Assembly: GCA_951406725.2 (NCBI GenBank)
Contig: OX597819.1
Coordinates: 33,170,001 to 33,234,000, forward strand
Length of the DNA stretch: 64,000 nt
From: Octopus vulgaris
Lineage: Eukaryota
Direction: 5' to 3'
The position numbers and the translations under genes are program-made. Every line of letters starts with the position of its first letter. Positions within the stretch are counted from its first letter, which is position 1. Of the stretch, positions 12,870 through 26,440 are shown in pieces. The notes below the pieces were generated by a model that saw only the letters and a program-made list of their open reading frames with translations, searched no databases and had not been told where the DNA came from.

Positions 12870-13836
12870 TTTTAACATAGTCGATAATAGTTATTGAATC
12901 TTTAGATTCGTTTGTGTCACTCATTTACCTGGCAATGTAGTTTGTTAATTACCTTGTACTTTCCTTGAACTGCAATTAAAACACTGCAAGCTCTTAACTG
13001 ATACGATTAATCGAAAAATATGTACCAGTAATATATTATGGCAGAATCATAAGATTATATAACTTTTTCTCTAATAGACTTGTGACAATTCAAATGGAAG
13101 CAATATATTATAATGTGCTTCTATTAAAGGAAACACAAATTGACCAATATTTCTTAAGATTCACAAATTCTTACTACTATTAAACGCAGTCTTACAGTTT
13201 TTAAACAGAAAATCTTCCACAAGAATTCTGCTGCCATTCAAACGTAAGTGTGTGAAGTACTTATATTTATTGGTTTCCCACTCATAATTCTAATATATTT
13301 TCCTCATTTCAAGTTTATACTTCCTCTTCTTTTTTCTATATTATTCTGCTGTCTTTTATTTAACACTTCTGCATTAGAAATTTCGTTATGACCTTGATAT
13401 AGTTTAACATAACCAGTTTGACTGATATATAGCATTAATAAACTGATGCAGTTGTCTACAGAAAGACGTTTTCCACATTTATATTCGCTTCTGACCGTTA
13501 TACAGATTCTGTTCAAGTGTTTTGACCGCTTTTCTCAGAACTAGAGCTTCAAGTGTCTACATCACCCACTATTTTAGACTATCCAAAAGTACCGTTTCAT
13601 TCAAATGAATTGGGTTTCTATGATGGTAATTTAGCAGAAGAAACGAAAGCGTGACTCTCTTTCATACTTATAGAAGTGCTCAAGACGTGATGGTGTTCAC
13701 AACTTGGGTGCATGAGTACAGGATGTGTGTGTGTGTGTGTGTGCACTCTAACATAAAGGCCCGGGGAATCTATGGCGATAATCACTTATTTACTGCTATA
13801 AATACAGTGTGTGTGTCTGTGTGCATGTGTGTATGT

Positions 13837-13929
<93 letters not shown>

Positions 13930-13932
13930 TGA

Positions 13933-14552
13933 GTTCTTATTTTAAAGCTAATTTAAGAACAACAACAGAATATCCATTTACTGATTCTTTTAGGAGCCAA
14001 TACAAGAATAAAGTAAAAATTATAACATTCGTATTGAGTGATATCTTAAGTTTCGCCTGACGGCTTATTCAGCCACTCTGCTTAAATACGCCCCCAGGCA
14101 AAACGTAAAGTCGTTGTCAATATGAATTTTACAATATGATGAGTGCACATACATACATACATACATACATACATACATACATACATACATACATACACCT
14201 GTGTATGTGCGTACGTGTGTGTGTAAGTGCTGTGTGTGTGTGTACAATCGGTTTCTTATTCTAAAGCTAATTTAAGAATAACAACAGAACGTCTATTTAC
14301 TGAATTTTAGGAGTCAATACAAGAATAGAGTGAAAATTATTATAAAATTAGCATTGACTGGTATCCTAAGTTTCGCGCGACGGCTTATTCAACCAGACTG
14401 GTTGAATACACCACCAGGCAAAACGTAATAGTCCAAACCAATACGAATTTTACAATATAATACATGCACATATATACATATATATACCTGTGTATGTGTG
14501 TGCGTTTGTATGCGTGTGTGTATGGATGTGTTTAGGTGTGTGTGTGTGTGTG
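13933..14552. repeat. Diverged tandem duplication, about 320-bp unit bounded by (TG)n
   Basis: ttcttatt.taaagctaatttaagaa...aagtttcgc..gacggcttattc...ccaggcaaaacgtaa...gaattttacaatat occurs at about 13934 and about 14253. Confidence 0.85.
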
Positions 14553-14779
14553 TCTACGGAAGTGTGTAGGTGTTGGTTGAGCAGTTGCTGTTTTTATTAA
14601 CATGGCAGTAAATAACTCTCTCATATAATGGTGCTTTAAATAGACTTAGGTGTTGAGTCTTAGGGCTGTATTTGGCAATGGAAGGTCAGTCTTTTTGCTG
14701 ATTTTCTAAATATTTTGTAAGTTTTGAAATATAAAGTGACTTTCAGTTTCCAGAGCTTAGTGCACACGGGCGCATGTGT

Positions 14780-14825
<46 letters not shown>

Positions 14826-15048
14826 GAGAGAAAGAGAGGGAGAGAGAAATAAGGTATGAGCTGCGTTTTGGAACAAGCTTTTTCCTTGATGGTAATTATC
14901 GTAATACTGAACTTGTTATTACACACATTTACATACACACATACACACATACACACATACAAACACACACACACGCACCACACACACAAACAAACAAACA
15001 CGCACTAACACATCCAAACACACGTAAACATCTCTCTCTCTCTCTCTT

Positions 15049-15082
<34 letters not shown>

Positions 15083-15530
15083 ACAAAGTTGGTACTTAGT
15101 TTATTGGTCTTTTTTGCTGAACGGCTAATGTTACGAGAACGGAAATAAACCAACAACGGTTATCAGGAGATGGCAGTTCCAAGTACATACACAAAGACAC
15201 ACTCTCCCTTTCTGTCTCTCATGTACACACACATACACACACTCTCTGTCTCTCTGTTTCTCTCTCTGTTTCTCTCTCTGTCTCTCTCTCTCTCTCTCTC
15301 TCATACACAGACACACACTTATGGAGGTGATTATACTGTGGCACGGAATACTTTCAAATTAATTTCCCTTTTTATTCATTATCATTTTGCCTTCTAATCT
15401 GTTTGAGCTTACTGAAGCTTTTAATATGTTATATAGTAAAGCGATATCTCTCTTTTTCCGGATGGAACCTGCTGAATATCGCTGGCAATGTGAAAAGCTG
15501 AACTCAGCAGTGAACTGAAAGTTTCTTATA

Positions 15531-15731
<201 letters not shown>

Positions 15732-16037
15732 ATACACACACACATATATGAAACGGCTTAAGGAAATGTAGGCGCCATGATGTAGAATCAAGCATTTCCT
15801 GTTTGGGTTGCATGAAACCTTAGAAGTATTTCACAGATGGGAAAGACAGGTTGCTTGAAGCGCTCAAATATTTACCAAAACCATTAATTCAGGATGCGAA
15901 ACCATTTCAACGAGTGTCGAAATTCGGTTTCAGATTATATTCCTGGTTATTTCATTCCAATACTACGCGTGTTTTACAATAAAAAAAGGAATAGAGCCAT
16001 GCTAATGGTAATAGTATGGGTGCCTATAACTTTTATG

Positions 16038-16260
16038 CGAGCGCGCATGCTCTAAGGTGCTTCAATTCCTTCCTGGACCGGGTGATGCGTTGTGTTCTTG
16101 AGCAAAACACTTCATCTCGCGTTGCTCTCTGATCACTTCGACTCCTGATGCATAGTACACTGTACATGTGTTCAGGTAACGTCGATCTGATGGAGGGGGT
16201 TGAACTAATGAACAGCACAAATATTTGATTACTACAGACAAATCCTTTGTGCTGATTGTT
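16038..16260 (+). mobile_element. Old SINE copy (tRNA head + cttgagcaaaacacttc core); related minus-strand remnant at about 17390-17600
   Basis: gcgttgtgttcttgagcaaaacacttcatctcgcgttgctctctgatcactt resembles the reverse complement of 17515-17550. Confidence 0.55.
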
Positions 16261-16639
16261 TAGCCAGAATTTGCAAAATCGTCTTTCTCGGAATACAAAC
16301 GACTACCATCATAATTTTGATTTTATCTAAAAAAATATTGTTTCAGATAGTAGCTGATTTATATTACAGGAAATTTACCTTATGGAGGCAACCGTTTATT
16401 CGTCAGAACTATGGAACTATATACATACATATTTTCTTCAGTCAGGTCCGCCCGTTCAGTCACTTTTCCTCATGTCTAACCTCTCAGACGGTGAAAGAAA
16501 AACGTCTCCCAAAACGTGCTAAAGCTGAATACCAACCGTATTAATCCAATCAGTCAGAAGATATCCTGCGAAAGTGGTGGGCACTATATGCATGTATCTA
16601 AATACAGTAATCCCTCGCCATATCGCGGTTCACCTATCG

Positions 16640-16782
16640 TGGGTTTATGTTTGCGGGGCATTGATCTAGGTGTCTGCTTACGGAAATTTTCCTGGTCGCG
16701 GGCTCCCGGATTTTTGTCTGTGCACCGTTAGTCTGTCCCTCAGGGTCAAACTAGTTTGACCAATGTAGTCTCCACCACATCC

Positions 16783-16861
<79 letters not shown>

Positions 16862-17030
16862 GGAAAGTTTACGAATAAACCAAAAGACGAAGACAAGTGG
16901 TGTACAAAACAAACAGATGTATTAGTATAGCGCTCAGGAATAGAAAAAGTCTTTTACGTTTCGAGCGTACGCTCTTTTACAGAAAGGTAAACAGAAAAAA
17001 ACAAGGAGAGAAACGAGGAGAGAAAAAAAG
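16640..17030 (-). mobile_element. Penelope-like remnant: pseudo-LTR with minimal hammerhead plus GIY-YIG fragment
   Basis: Minus-strand CIGCGGDYIGQTSLTLRDRLTVHRQK (YIG motif, conserved R and H) at 16690-16787; hammerhead-like motif at 16951-16987. Confidence 0.75.
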
Positions 17031-17046
17031 GAGATATATATAAAGG

Positions 17047-17131
<85 letters not shown>
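17047..17131. repeat. (GATA)n microsatellite
   Basis: Direct reading. Confidence 0.98.
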
Positions 17132-17132
17132 G

Positions 17133-17343
17133 TACGAGGTGTTGCTAAAAAGTTCCAGGTGTTAAGGGTACTGTGAAAGGCCTGGTTGGGGGCTCAACAA
17201 TCCGAGCTTCTTTTAAAGGGCTTAGAAAAACTGAACGACCGCTGCAATGAATTTGTGAATCTGAAAGGGAATCATGTTGAATAAAATCATGATTGAGTAT
17301 TTTCTTTTACCCCAAACCAGGACCTTTTTAGTACCCCCTCGTG
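17133..17343 (+). mobile_element. Mariner-derived MITE (about 210 bp)
   Basis: Imperfect TIRs tacgaggtgttgctaaaaagttcc / ggacctttttagtaccccctcgt; interior resembles a transposase C-terminus (KGLEKLNDRCNEFVNLKGNHVE*). Confidence 0.8.
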
Positions 17344-17813
17344 TATGTGAATATCTATCTATATATTAATATATAATGAACTCTCCCGTCGAAGACGGCG
17401 TATAAGCGTTTAGCTTGCTAAACGACCAGCACAAATGATTTGTTTATAGTTATCAAATGTATTTGTCAAATCGACATTGTCTGAACAAGTGCATGATGTA
17501 CTATATATCAGGTGTTTAAGTGATCACAGAGCAAAGTGAGATGAAGAACACAACACCCCACCCGATCTAAGAATTCAAACCACGATCTTCCGTGCAACCT
17601 CCTATATATATAGAGAGAGAGAATTTAAAGACAAACCGCTATTTAGTAATTCAATCAATACTGAAACGATATTATCTATAATACCCTCATAGAAATAAAT
17701 TAAATATATTATATTATAATTATTAATCTAAAATTAATAATTTTAATATATATATATATATATATATATGAATAAAAAAATGGAGTTAACGCAGGTGTAA
17801 TCAAATATTTTTA

Positions 17814-17897
17814 CTTTCGACACATGTTTCGAAAATTCCACTGATACTATTCAAAAGAATAAATGGTATAAACAATGCAATCTTCTCCTCAGGAAAG
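17814..17897 (-). ncRNA. Type I hammerhead ribozyme, core intact
   Basis: Minus strand: CUUUC-CUGAGGA-[GAAGAUUGCAUUG...CAGUGGAAUUUUC]-GAAA-CAUGUG-UC-GAAAG. Helix I 5 bp, helix II 12/13 pairs, short helix III, GUC cleavage triplet. Confidence 0.85.
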
Positions 17898-18407
17898 GGA
17901 AAAAAACGAAACTCGTCAATAAGACATTTTATCCTGTCTGTCTCTCTACTATTTTTACCCAAAATCTACCATAAAGCATCACTAAATATACTGAAATATA
18001 TAACACTGAAGAACATAAACACGAGGTCACATGTACACCAATATACTGCTGGTGAAGCTCCCAAATACTGAATACATAAATGCGTATAATTACAATGCAA
18101 TTAATTCATTTATCGTATTGGATGGGTGAAGGTAAAATATTTTACCGTAAATTCATAATACAAATAAGAAAATGGAGGAACAAATTCATTTCGATTATCA
18201 ACTTACAGATATTACAATTTCATATTATTTATTAATTATACAAATAGGAACATGAAAATCGAACAAAACAATATACATCGATATGCAAATTAATAATGCA
18301 ATAAAAATAATATATATATATATGTATAGTGCAGTGCCCCAGCGTGGCCATAGTCTATTGACTGAAACAATTAAAAGATAAAAGATAATATAAAGATATA
18401 TATATAT

Positions 18408-18812
18408 AGGCTGTGTTGTAAGTAGCTTGCTAACCAACCACATGGTTCTGGGTTCAGTTCCACTGCGTGGCCCCTTGGGCAAGTGTCTTCTGCTATAGCC
18501 CCGGGCAACCAAAGCCTTGTGAGTGGATTTGGTAGACGGAAACTGAAAGAAGCCTGTCGTGTATATGTATATATATATATGTGTATGTGTGTGTTTGTGT
18601 GTCTGTGTTTGTCCCCCTAGCATTGCTTGACAACCGATGCTGGTGTGTTTACGTCCCCGTCACTTAGCGGTTCGGCAAAAGAGACCGATAGAATAAGTAC
18701 TAAGCTTACAAAAAGAATAAATCCCGGGGTCGAGTTGCTCGACTAAAGGCGGTGCTCCAGCATGGCCGCAGTCAAATGACTGAAACAAGTAAAAGAGAGT
18801 AAAAGAGAGTAT
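18408..18812 (+). mobile_element. SINE family A
   Basis: Near-identical to 9140-9557; an extra tail fragment lies at about 18330-18385. Confidence 0.9.
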
Positions 18813-19907
18813 ATATATAGAACAGTTGAAGATTTCTTCATTTCTTCCATTATAGTAATGAATAAGGTGAAGAAAATGCATACTACGGTTCCCACAAAAC
18901 TTTTAAAATGTTGGTTTCTCCCATGTGATAACTGCATAGATATTTGTTCGACCTGTTACTTTCAGTTTTATTATCTGTATAGTTTATATACATTATAAGT
19001 TATTGTCAACATTCTTTCCTGGGGTAAAAAGCGTTGTAACAGGTCTCACGTTATTGTCCAAGAGAAGGGATGTAATGGAGAAAAATCTTGGTGACAACGT
19101 TGCTATTTGAAGACTATGACGTGCTCTGTAAAAGTAATGGACGCGCAATGGTCTTCGGTGTTGTTACCAGTTCCGTATGTTTTCACATCCCACTGGAGCC
19201 GGCAAATCAAGCGATTGATATATATATATCTGTATTCTCACTTTGTATACAACGTAAGGCAATTCGTATTTTGACATTTTCCTGTGAATAAAGATCTTTT
19301 CCCTTCAGGACCGGTTCTGTTTTTGTCTCTGACTCCACAACATTTGATGATTTCTATTTGCATGGGTTTCTAAAATTAATTTTATTGGTTAATCTACTCA
19401 GTGCCCCCTGTGCAATTGTTCTCCTTCTTTATTCCTTCTGTGCTTTCGTAATTAAGTATAGACGAAATAGCCTGGTAGATAATGTAATAGACGATCAATT
19501 CTAAATCATAATTTTAAGCTCGCTGCTGCTACTCTCTGCAGGGTACTTAATTCTACTCCTTTGAGCTCAGCTAGCTGTCAGGATATTGTCGTTTCGTGTT
19601 TACATCGAATTTTTCCATGATTTTCTCATATCATCCAAACAACAAGAGGTTTGAATACTGGAATGTTTGTCTTTCTTTTCTTCTTTATTTATTTCGTGAG
19701 ACTAGAAAACATTCTGAAAATCTGATAACAGTGTTGTAACACAAATCGGGGAAAAATTTCGAACAGCAATTACGATGATGACGACAACAGCAATGTTTTT
19801 GCTATGACTCTCATTGTCCTCATTGTACCATGAGTTAGTGGTTCTCAACCTTGTCTAGTTCAGCGCACACTTTCACCTCCAAATGGCACTTCCTTTATAA
19901 AAAAAAG

Positions 19908-20327
19908 GGATCTTTTCGGTTTGAACGGCAGTTTTTAACATAATTTCTAGGTAACTAAAAAATTTTAAACTTCGTATACTGGTAGAATGTGTTTATAAAA
20001 CATCTTTTTCTCTTGGCTTTATTGAGAAAATTCTATAGTTTGTAAGATATTTGTGGTCTTTTTCTTCAATTTCTGCAATTTCAACCAAACACTGACGTCT
20101 ATTAAGGTAAAAACATTCTGTGCCATATGAATATGTCCCTCGTTTAAGAAATAGATTGGGTTTATTTACATTCGTGAAGAAAAAAAGATACCCTTCCCCC
20201 CACCCCTCACCCTAACCCTACCCTAAAACTGATTGAAATGCAATAGATCGATACTAGGGTCATAATCATGGGTGGCAATTTCATATGACACCGCTAGAAA
20301 AAACTGCCGTTCAAACCGAAAAAATCC
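19908..20327. mobile_element. MITE with GG termini and 8-bp TSD (Merlin-like)
   Basis: TIRs ggatcttttcggtttgaacggcagtttt / aaaactgccgttcaaaccgaaaaaatcc; TSD aaaaaaag at 19900-19907 and 20328-20335. Confidence 0.85.
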
Positions 20328-21247
20328 AAAAAAAGTCCCTCCTAGTGTTTTGCAAAACAAGACAAAGCGACAATGTTAGTCGATTATTTTATCCAATCAG
20401 AAGCTAATTTTTCACAAATGTTTATTATCCGTTTTCTCTTATACTATCCCATCTAACATATCTCTTTAGATATTTGAGTGGACCAATACATTAGCCTACT
20501 GTAGTGGACTAATACAGTAATCCTCAAAATGACAAATGCCAGGTTCCACCTAACGCTAAATATGAGAGACATTTTTACATCACATTCCCCCATATTAACA
20601 AGAAAACAACATAACGTTTGGATCCATATACGTCATCTTAGCCACCCTTTTGGGCAATTTGTCTACTCCTTTTCCATCCACACAGGCAGTCCACATGGAG
20701 TTGTCGTGTATAGGCTTCCTTATTGCCCTATAGATGGCGTTACTATAACTGACGTAAGCGTTTAACTCAAAGTGATCACCACGATTATACCTGTGAATGT
20801 TGCGTACCTGACGGATTAAATACATCTAGTTATGGATTGTTTTGTGGTTCGTGAGTTCAAACTCAGCCGGGGCCAGTTTTCTTTCCATCTTTACGGTGGG
20901 TGGATAAAAATAAGTTTCTAATCAATCTAAAACTATATATTTCACTAAACATGTGACCTCGTGTTTATGTTCTTCAGTGTTATATATTTCAGTATATTTA
21001 GTGATGCTTTATGGTAGATTTTTGGTAAAAATAGTAGAGAGACAGAAAGGATAAACATATAAGCTAGATTCAAATCAAATCGGAACGGATTTAATAATTC
21101 GTTCATCCAAGTTCGGTGAAATCGATAACTGAAATTTTCTCTGGTAGATTCACCTGACTATAATCTTCACTTACTGAAGAACGAAGACAAAAAAAAAATT
21201 TTTGCAGATTAAGAAACCCTTATTGTTGCTGCTGCTACAGCAGTTGT

Positions 21248-21851
21248 CTTCTTCTTCTTCTTCTTCTTCTTCTTCTTCTTCTTCTTCTTCTTCTTCTTCT
21301 TCTTCTTCTTCTTCTTCTTCTTCTTCTTCTTCTTCTTCTTCTTCTTCTTCTTCTTCTTCTTCTTCCAATCAGGACTCATGCCATTAGCCGCAAAGAATAA
21401 TCTCTAATTCAAGCCTACTCTAAGCTACTAAGAATGCGTGTGGCAACTTGAAGATCGACCCACCACACGCGATAGACTGGCGGTTGCACGGCCGCGAAAG
21501 CTCCGTTGTTATTCTCATTTCGTAAACGGTGGCTTTTAACGGGTAGAGAGCTGAACCATCCTGGGGTACAGAGGATTCGCAATCTAGACTAGGGTCTGAA
21601 AGTTTACCACACCATTGTGAGTTACACCGTCCATGGTTCCTCAGCTTTGTGGCAGAAGTAGGAAGAAAGAGGGACAGAAAGTTGTGGGGAAAGAGTGCAG
21701 CGGGGTTCACCATCCCACCCCCGCCGGAGCCTCGTGGAGCTTAGGGGATTTTGCTTAATAAACACTCACAATGCTCGGTCTGAGGATGGAAACCGCGTTC
21801 TTACGACCGCGTGTCCGCTGCCCTAACCACTAGGCCATTGCGCCTCCACTA
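21248..21851 (-). mobile_element. tRNA-derived SINE family C variant with long alternative 3' region and (GAA)n tail
   Basis: Head gtggaggcgcaatggcctagtggttagggcagcgg is shared with 36408 and 39677; sequence diverges after ...cttcct; ends in about 39 GAA repeats (21248-21365). Confidence 0.8.
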
Positions 21852-22098
21852 CTGCTGCTGTTGTTCACAAGCGCTTACCGTAATGTTTTAACCCCAGGTC
21901 AGTTATGATCCTTAAGACCTACAGTCAAATGTATTAAACCGTGACCATCCTGTATTTTCATGTCCTACCACGTCCTTCGAAGCACAATGGAACACGACTG
22001 GAAAGAGAGAGATTTGCTGTTATTTCTAGCATGCCAAGCTAACATATAAAATCTCCCTCATTGATTCATTAACCAGCTAATATTTGGTCTTGCTGTAC

Positions 22099-22145
<47 letters not shown>

Positions 22146-22598
22146 GCTTCACCTCTTTATCTTGGTTTGTCCTTTGTATCTGCGCCTCCGTGTATTAATA
22201 CTTGACATTTCTGAAATCTGGCAAAATTCGAGAATAATTGCAAGGAATGCAATTTTTCTTTTTATGATATTTCTGTGTTCCTGATTTTTGTCATCGTTGC
22301 TGGATCAATAGGACATTTAACATCCACTGACCTTCTCTTTTAAGATCTTATATTGTGTTATGGGCATGTAGAATCGCTTTCATCGTAGGAGAGAGCAGTA
22401 CATTGGTGTACAATGTATGTATGTGAATGGTATATTTTTTTAAGTATCACAATGTGTCTACGTCTATTCCGAGTAATCATATGACTATAATATGTGTATG
22501 TGTTTTCATACCTGTTGTAGATGTGTATATGTTTCGTATGGGCAAAAATCTGAATGTATGTATATGTGAATATATGCATATATATATATATACACTCA

Positions 22599-22634
<36 letters not shown>

Positions 22635-22732
22635 ATATATATATATATATATATATATACACTCACTCACATACACACACACACACACAATATATATATA
22701 TATATACATACATACATACATACATACATACA

Positions 22733-22764
<32 letters not shown>

Positions 22765-23312
22765 CATGGGCACATAAATTTAAACACAAATACATGAATA
22801 TATAAATAATATATATTTATATATTAACACACGTATATATGTGCTCATATATGCGGGTAGATGTAAATATGTGTGTGTGTGTGCGTCTCTGTGTGTGCGT
22901 ATACTCACAAAGATATGTACATCTACATAAGCCTTTGTATATGTACATCTATATAATATCGTGCTCACACACAAACGTATAGATAGTACATACATACATG
23001 CATACATTCATACATACATATGTACATATGTACATACATTATATATGTATATATATATATATCTACATCTATATCTATATATTTGTCTCTCTCTATATAT
23101 ATATATGTATATACACACATACATACATACATGCATGGATTGCGGCTTCCTGTACGCATTTTATGTTTATGCGCTTTTGCACGCGTGTAATTTTGTGCAT
23201 GCATATCCATACCTTCGCGTATAATTTCCTTACATCAAGCAAAGTTTACATGGAATCTTCAGAATGCGGAGGAGTCATTGAGAATGACCACTTTCATTCG
23301 CAAATCACTCAC

Positions 23313-23429
23313 CTGAAGGAGGGCCATCTTCATATTTACAGTTTCGGACTCCTCGGTTCGCTTTCCATACAGGTATCCTCAGTACAGTAGACCATGAAAC
23401 CACACGTTCGTGTTTTGTTTTAAGAAAAC
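23313..23429 (-). other. Candidate spliced exon of a host gene (117 nt)
   Basis: Acceptor catttctgtttccaaaacatttgtag| and donor CAG|gtgagt, in unique GC-richer sequence. Either open in phase 1-1 (GFLKTKHERVVSWSTVLRIPVWKANRGVRNCKYEDGPPSG) or a start exon encoding MKMALLQ from ATG 23333. Confidence 0.55.
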
Positions 23430-23814
23430 CTACAAATGTTTTGGAAACAGAAATGAGCTTCTGTGACATCCGTGCTTCTGTTGGAATCAAAATGTTACTT
23501 CAGTTGGGTGATCGAAATCCTTACACAGATAACAGTTTCCATAAACTTGCATTATTTGATAATGGAGCTGAGTCTCATCTTATTGTTTAGTAAGGTTTTA
23601 GACTTAGCTCAAATAATGAAATGGGGGGTACCATTTAAAACCCCAATTTGTGTATCTGAAATAATTCTGTCGCGTGGAATGAAATATAAGTTAGTTAAGT
23701 TCATATATATAAAAGGAGAGATAGAGAAAACAGAGAGAGGGTGAGCTTGGGAGAGAGATCAGGAAAGATAGAATGTGAAAAGAAAAGAGAAGGAATACGA
23801 AGGAGAATGGAGGA

Positions 23815-23853
<39 letters not shown>

Positions 23854-24020
23854 GTGAGTGGAGGGGGTCAGTTTTTAGAACTCAACAAAGAAACAAAACT
23901 AGTTGCAAAGTAAACGTTTGCTATGAGGCAGCTTTTCTGTGCTTATATCAAAATGTATACTCCAGGAAAGAGAGTGTGTGTGCTGATCTTTAGTTTGTGT
24001 GAGTGTCTGTGTGTGTGAGG

Positions 24021-24064
<44 letters not shown>

Positions 24065-24486
24065 GAGAAAGAGAAAACCCAGAAAAAGAAATATAGTAAG
24101 TAGTGTGTGTGCATGTCCATCAAGTATTTTGAGCTATTAGGTAGAACGATGTTTTTGGTATGCAAAATCTATGACGGAATTACGCATGCCAGTGTGTTTA
24201 TCAGGGACAAACAATCTCAGAATTCCTAGTCTGTTTAAAAGGTTTGTTATGAATGTTATAGATGAATAGAGGTTGTTCTGCCGCAGTATTTTACTTCTGC
24301 CGTTTAGATATATTTGAACAAAACAAAATCATGAAAACTGTGCTATTAGATAAATGTGCAGATCTCCCTTCGTGAAAAGATTGAATATTCGAGAAGATCT
24401 ATTCAGGCATTGACTGCGGATGAAGCCAGCATCCATAAATGGTGGAAGAATTGTAAGTTAATTAATGTCAAGCCAACTCGCTTTCC

Positions 24487-24630
24487 AGGAGTGGCTTAGT
24501 GGTTAGGGTGTTAGATTCATAACCATAAGATTATGGTTTCGATTTATGGACCGGGAGGTGCGTTGTGTTTTTGCTCCAATTCACTCAACTAACAAAAATG
24601 AGTAATTCTGCAACGAACCGGTGTCCAAAA
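24487..24630 (+). mobile_element. Old tRNA-derived SINE fragment
   Basis: A box tggcttagtgg, B box ggtttcgattt, then ggaccgggaggtgcgttgtg. Confidence 0.6.
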
Positions 24631-24699
24631 TGTGAGGAATATATATATATATACATACATACATACACTGTTGTTGACAGTGTTTTAAATAAAGCTGCA

Positions 24700-25830
24700 G
24701 CTTTAAAATCTGTTCAGAGTTACCCCTCTTCGGTATTTTCCATTGATAACAGCTAAAGAGCTAGAAACGCTCTTGGAGATCCGATAGGAGTCAGCATTGG
24801 GCAGATGTGATGCTTTTACACATTTTACCATAAGAGAGAATTTTTTTCTTTAAGGTAACTGCGGTGAATTTGCCTTTAAAAGTTGAAATATGTCACAAAC
24901 GTATTTTATGCCTAAACACTACTTGGTGCTGATATATATAATATGCCACAGAATATGGAAACCGGCCTTATGATCCTCTGTCAAGGGAAGGACCTTTGAT
25001 TATTTTGTTTCGTTTTTTATTCACCTTCAGTGACAAGCTAGCAATTTATTTTATCCATCTCTACATTTTTTTAGGACAGCAAATCAACTCGTCAACTAAG
25101 CTTGGTTTGACTGTGATGTACTGTAGAAGGAAAATACACCAAATCTCTCAGGTCGGGCCACTTGCCTGGATCAATGCAACTCTTCCGGACCAGATGTCCC
25201 GATCTTTGCTTAGCAGTCCTCATAACTTTACTTTGATACCCAGGGTTTTCCACAAGCTGATTGATATACGCTCTTCTTGGTCTGTCGATACTTTTATGTC
25301 AATTCGTAGATTTTCAGAGAAGGAAATTTCAATGTATTTAATCTTTGCTTCTCCAACAGTGTCCTGCATAATGTGTCCTTTTTTTCTCTGATTGCCAAGG
25401 TGAAGGTAGGAAAACTGCAATATAATTGTTGCGTCGCAGGATGAAACACATCCATATTTCTCTTTTGTTTATAAAGATCAAGTTTTCATTCCCTCAAGCC
25501 TGACTTATCTCCTGAAATGAACCTCCTTGGGTGTCAACAAATTTCCTTAGGGTTTATTTTCTTCCTTCGGCTAAGAAATTTCAATTAAGTATTACTTATT
25601 TACGACATTCGCTATATTGTCATGCCAATGACCATGTGAATTATCTCCCTTAGCACACTCTTCTTTTTTTAAAATATAGTCTGAGTGAACACATTGTAAG
25701 AAGCCTTTAAACAGAGCTCGAATCAAATAAGTCAAACGCTGACAGTATTTGTATGTTATCCCACCCGAATATAGTATTATTCCCAATCTTTCGTAGATTT
25801 ATTATCCTGTTATTAACCCAACAAGAACAA
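24700..25830 (-). mobile_element. Possible highly decayed Penelope-like RT remnant
   Basis: Minus-strand traces FELCLKASYNVF...KKEECAKGD...IANVV and IKYIEISFSENLRIDIKV loosely resemble PLE RT motifs. Confidence 0.3.
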
Positions 25831-26440
25831 CAATGTTAGTAAATGTAGTATTTTCTCACCCCACACCCCAAACACCAAAAGTAGAAGTCTAAAACTCCAT
25901 GATGAGTTGAAATATTGTCCTACGACTCCACTAGTTTCACCACCAACGACCGCATCGTTAGACTGACAGCCAACATTACGTTATTGTTATTTCAATCCGA
26001 GTAAGTCTATATCCAAAGGCGTTCGGGCAACCATCCCGTCGGTTGATGTATCATAGACTACATTCTCCAATGTGTTCTTCCTTTTCTTAAAATAGTACTG
26101 AGTTATTCAGATTGGGCCACTATTCCTAGCACACTGAACCCAGAGTACGAAGAGGCTCTCTCTTTGGCAGATGAACTTGAACAGAATGGATTTGGATGAT
26201 GATGATGACATTAGAGCTAACATTTCATTGGCTTGATTTGTCTTGTTTTGGTTTGGCTTGGCTTGTCTTGGCTTGTTTTCGCTTGGCTTGGTTTTGCTTG
26301 ATTTTACATGGACCCTCAACTTGCAACGGGCTCGTTGAGGCACCGTTATGACACACTGCAAACAAGATGCGTTGCATTGTGAACCACAGCTTGTCTCCGC
26401 CTAAGGTCTCCGCCTAAGATTTGAATACTTGAACATAATA

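Noticed and set aside
20595-20825. 76-aa ORF in unique sequence as the next exon of the candidate gene
   Set aside because: Weak acceptor context and no recognisable domain.
21171-21387. Poly-Glu / poly-Ser ORFs
   Set aside because: (GAA)n tail of a SINE-like element.
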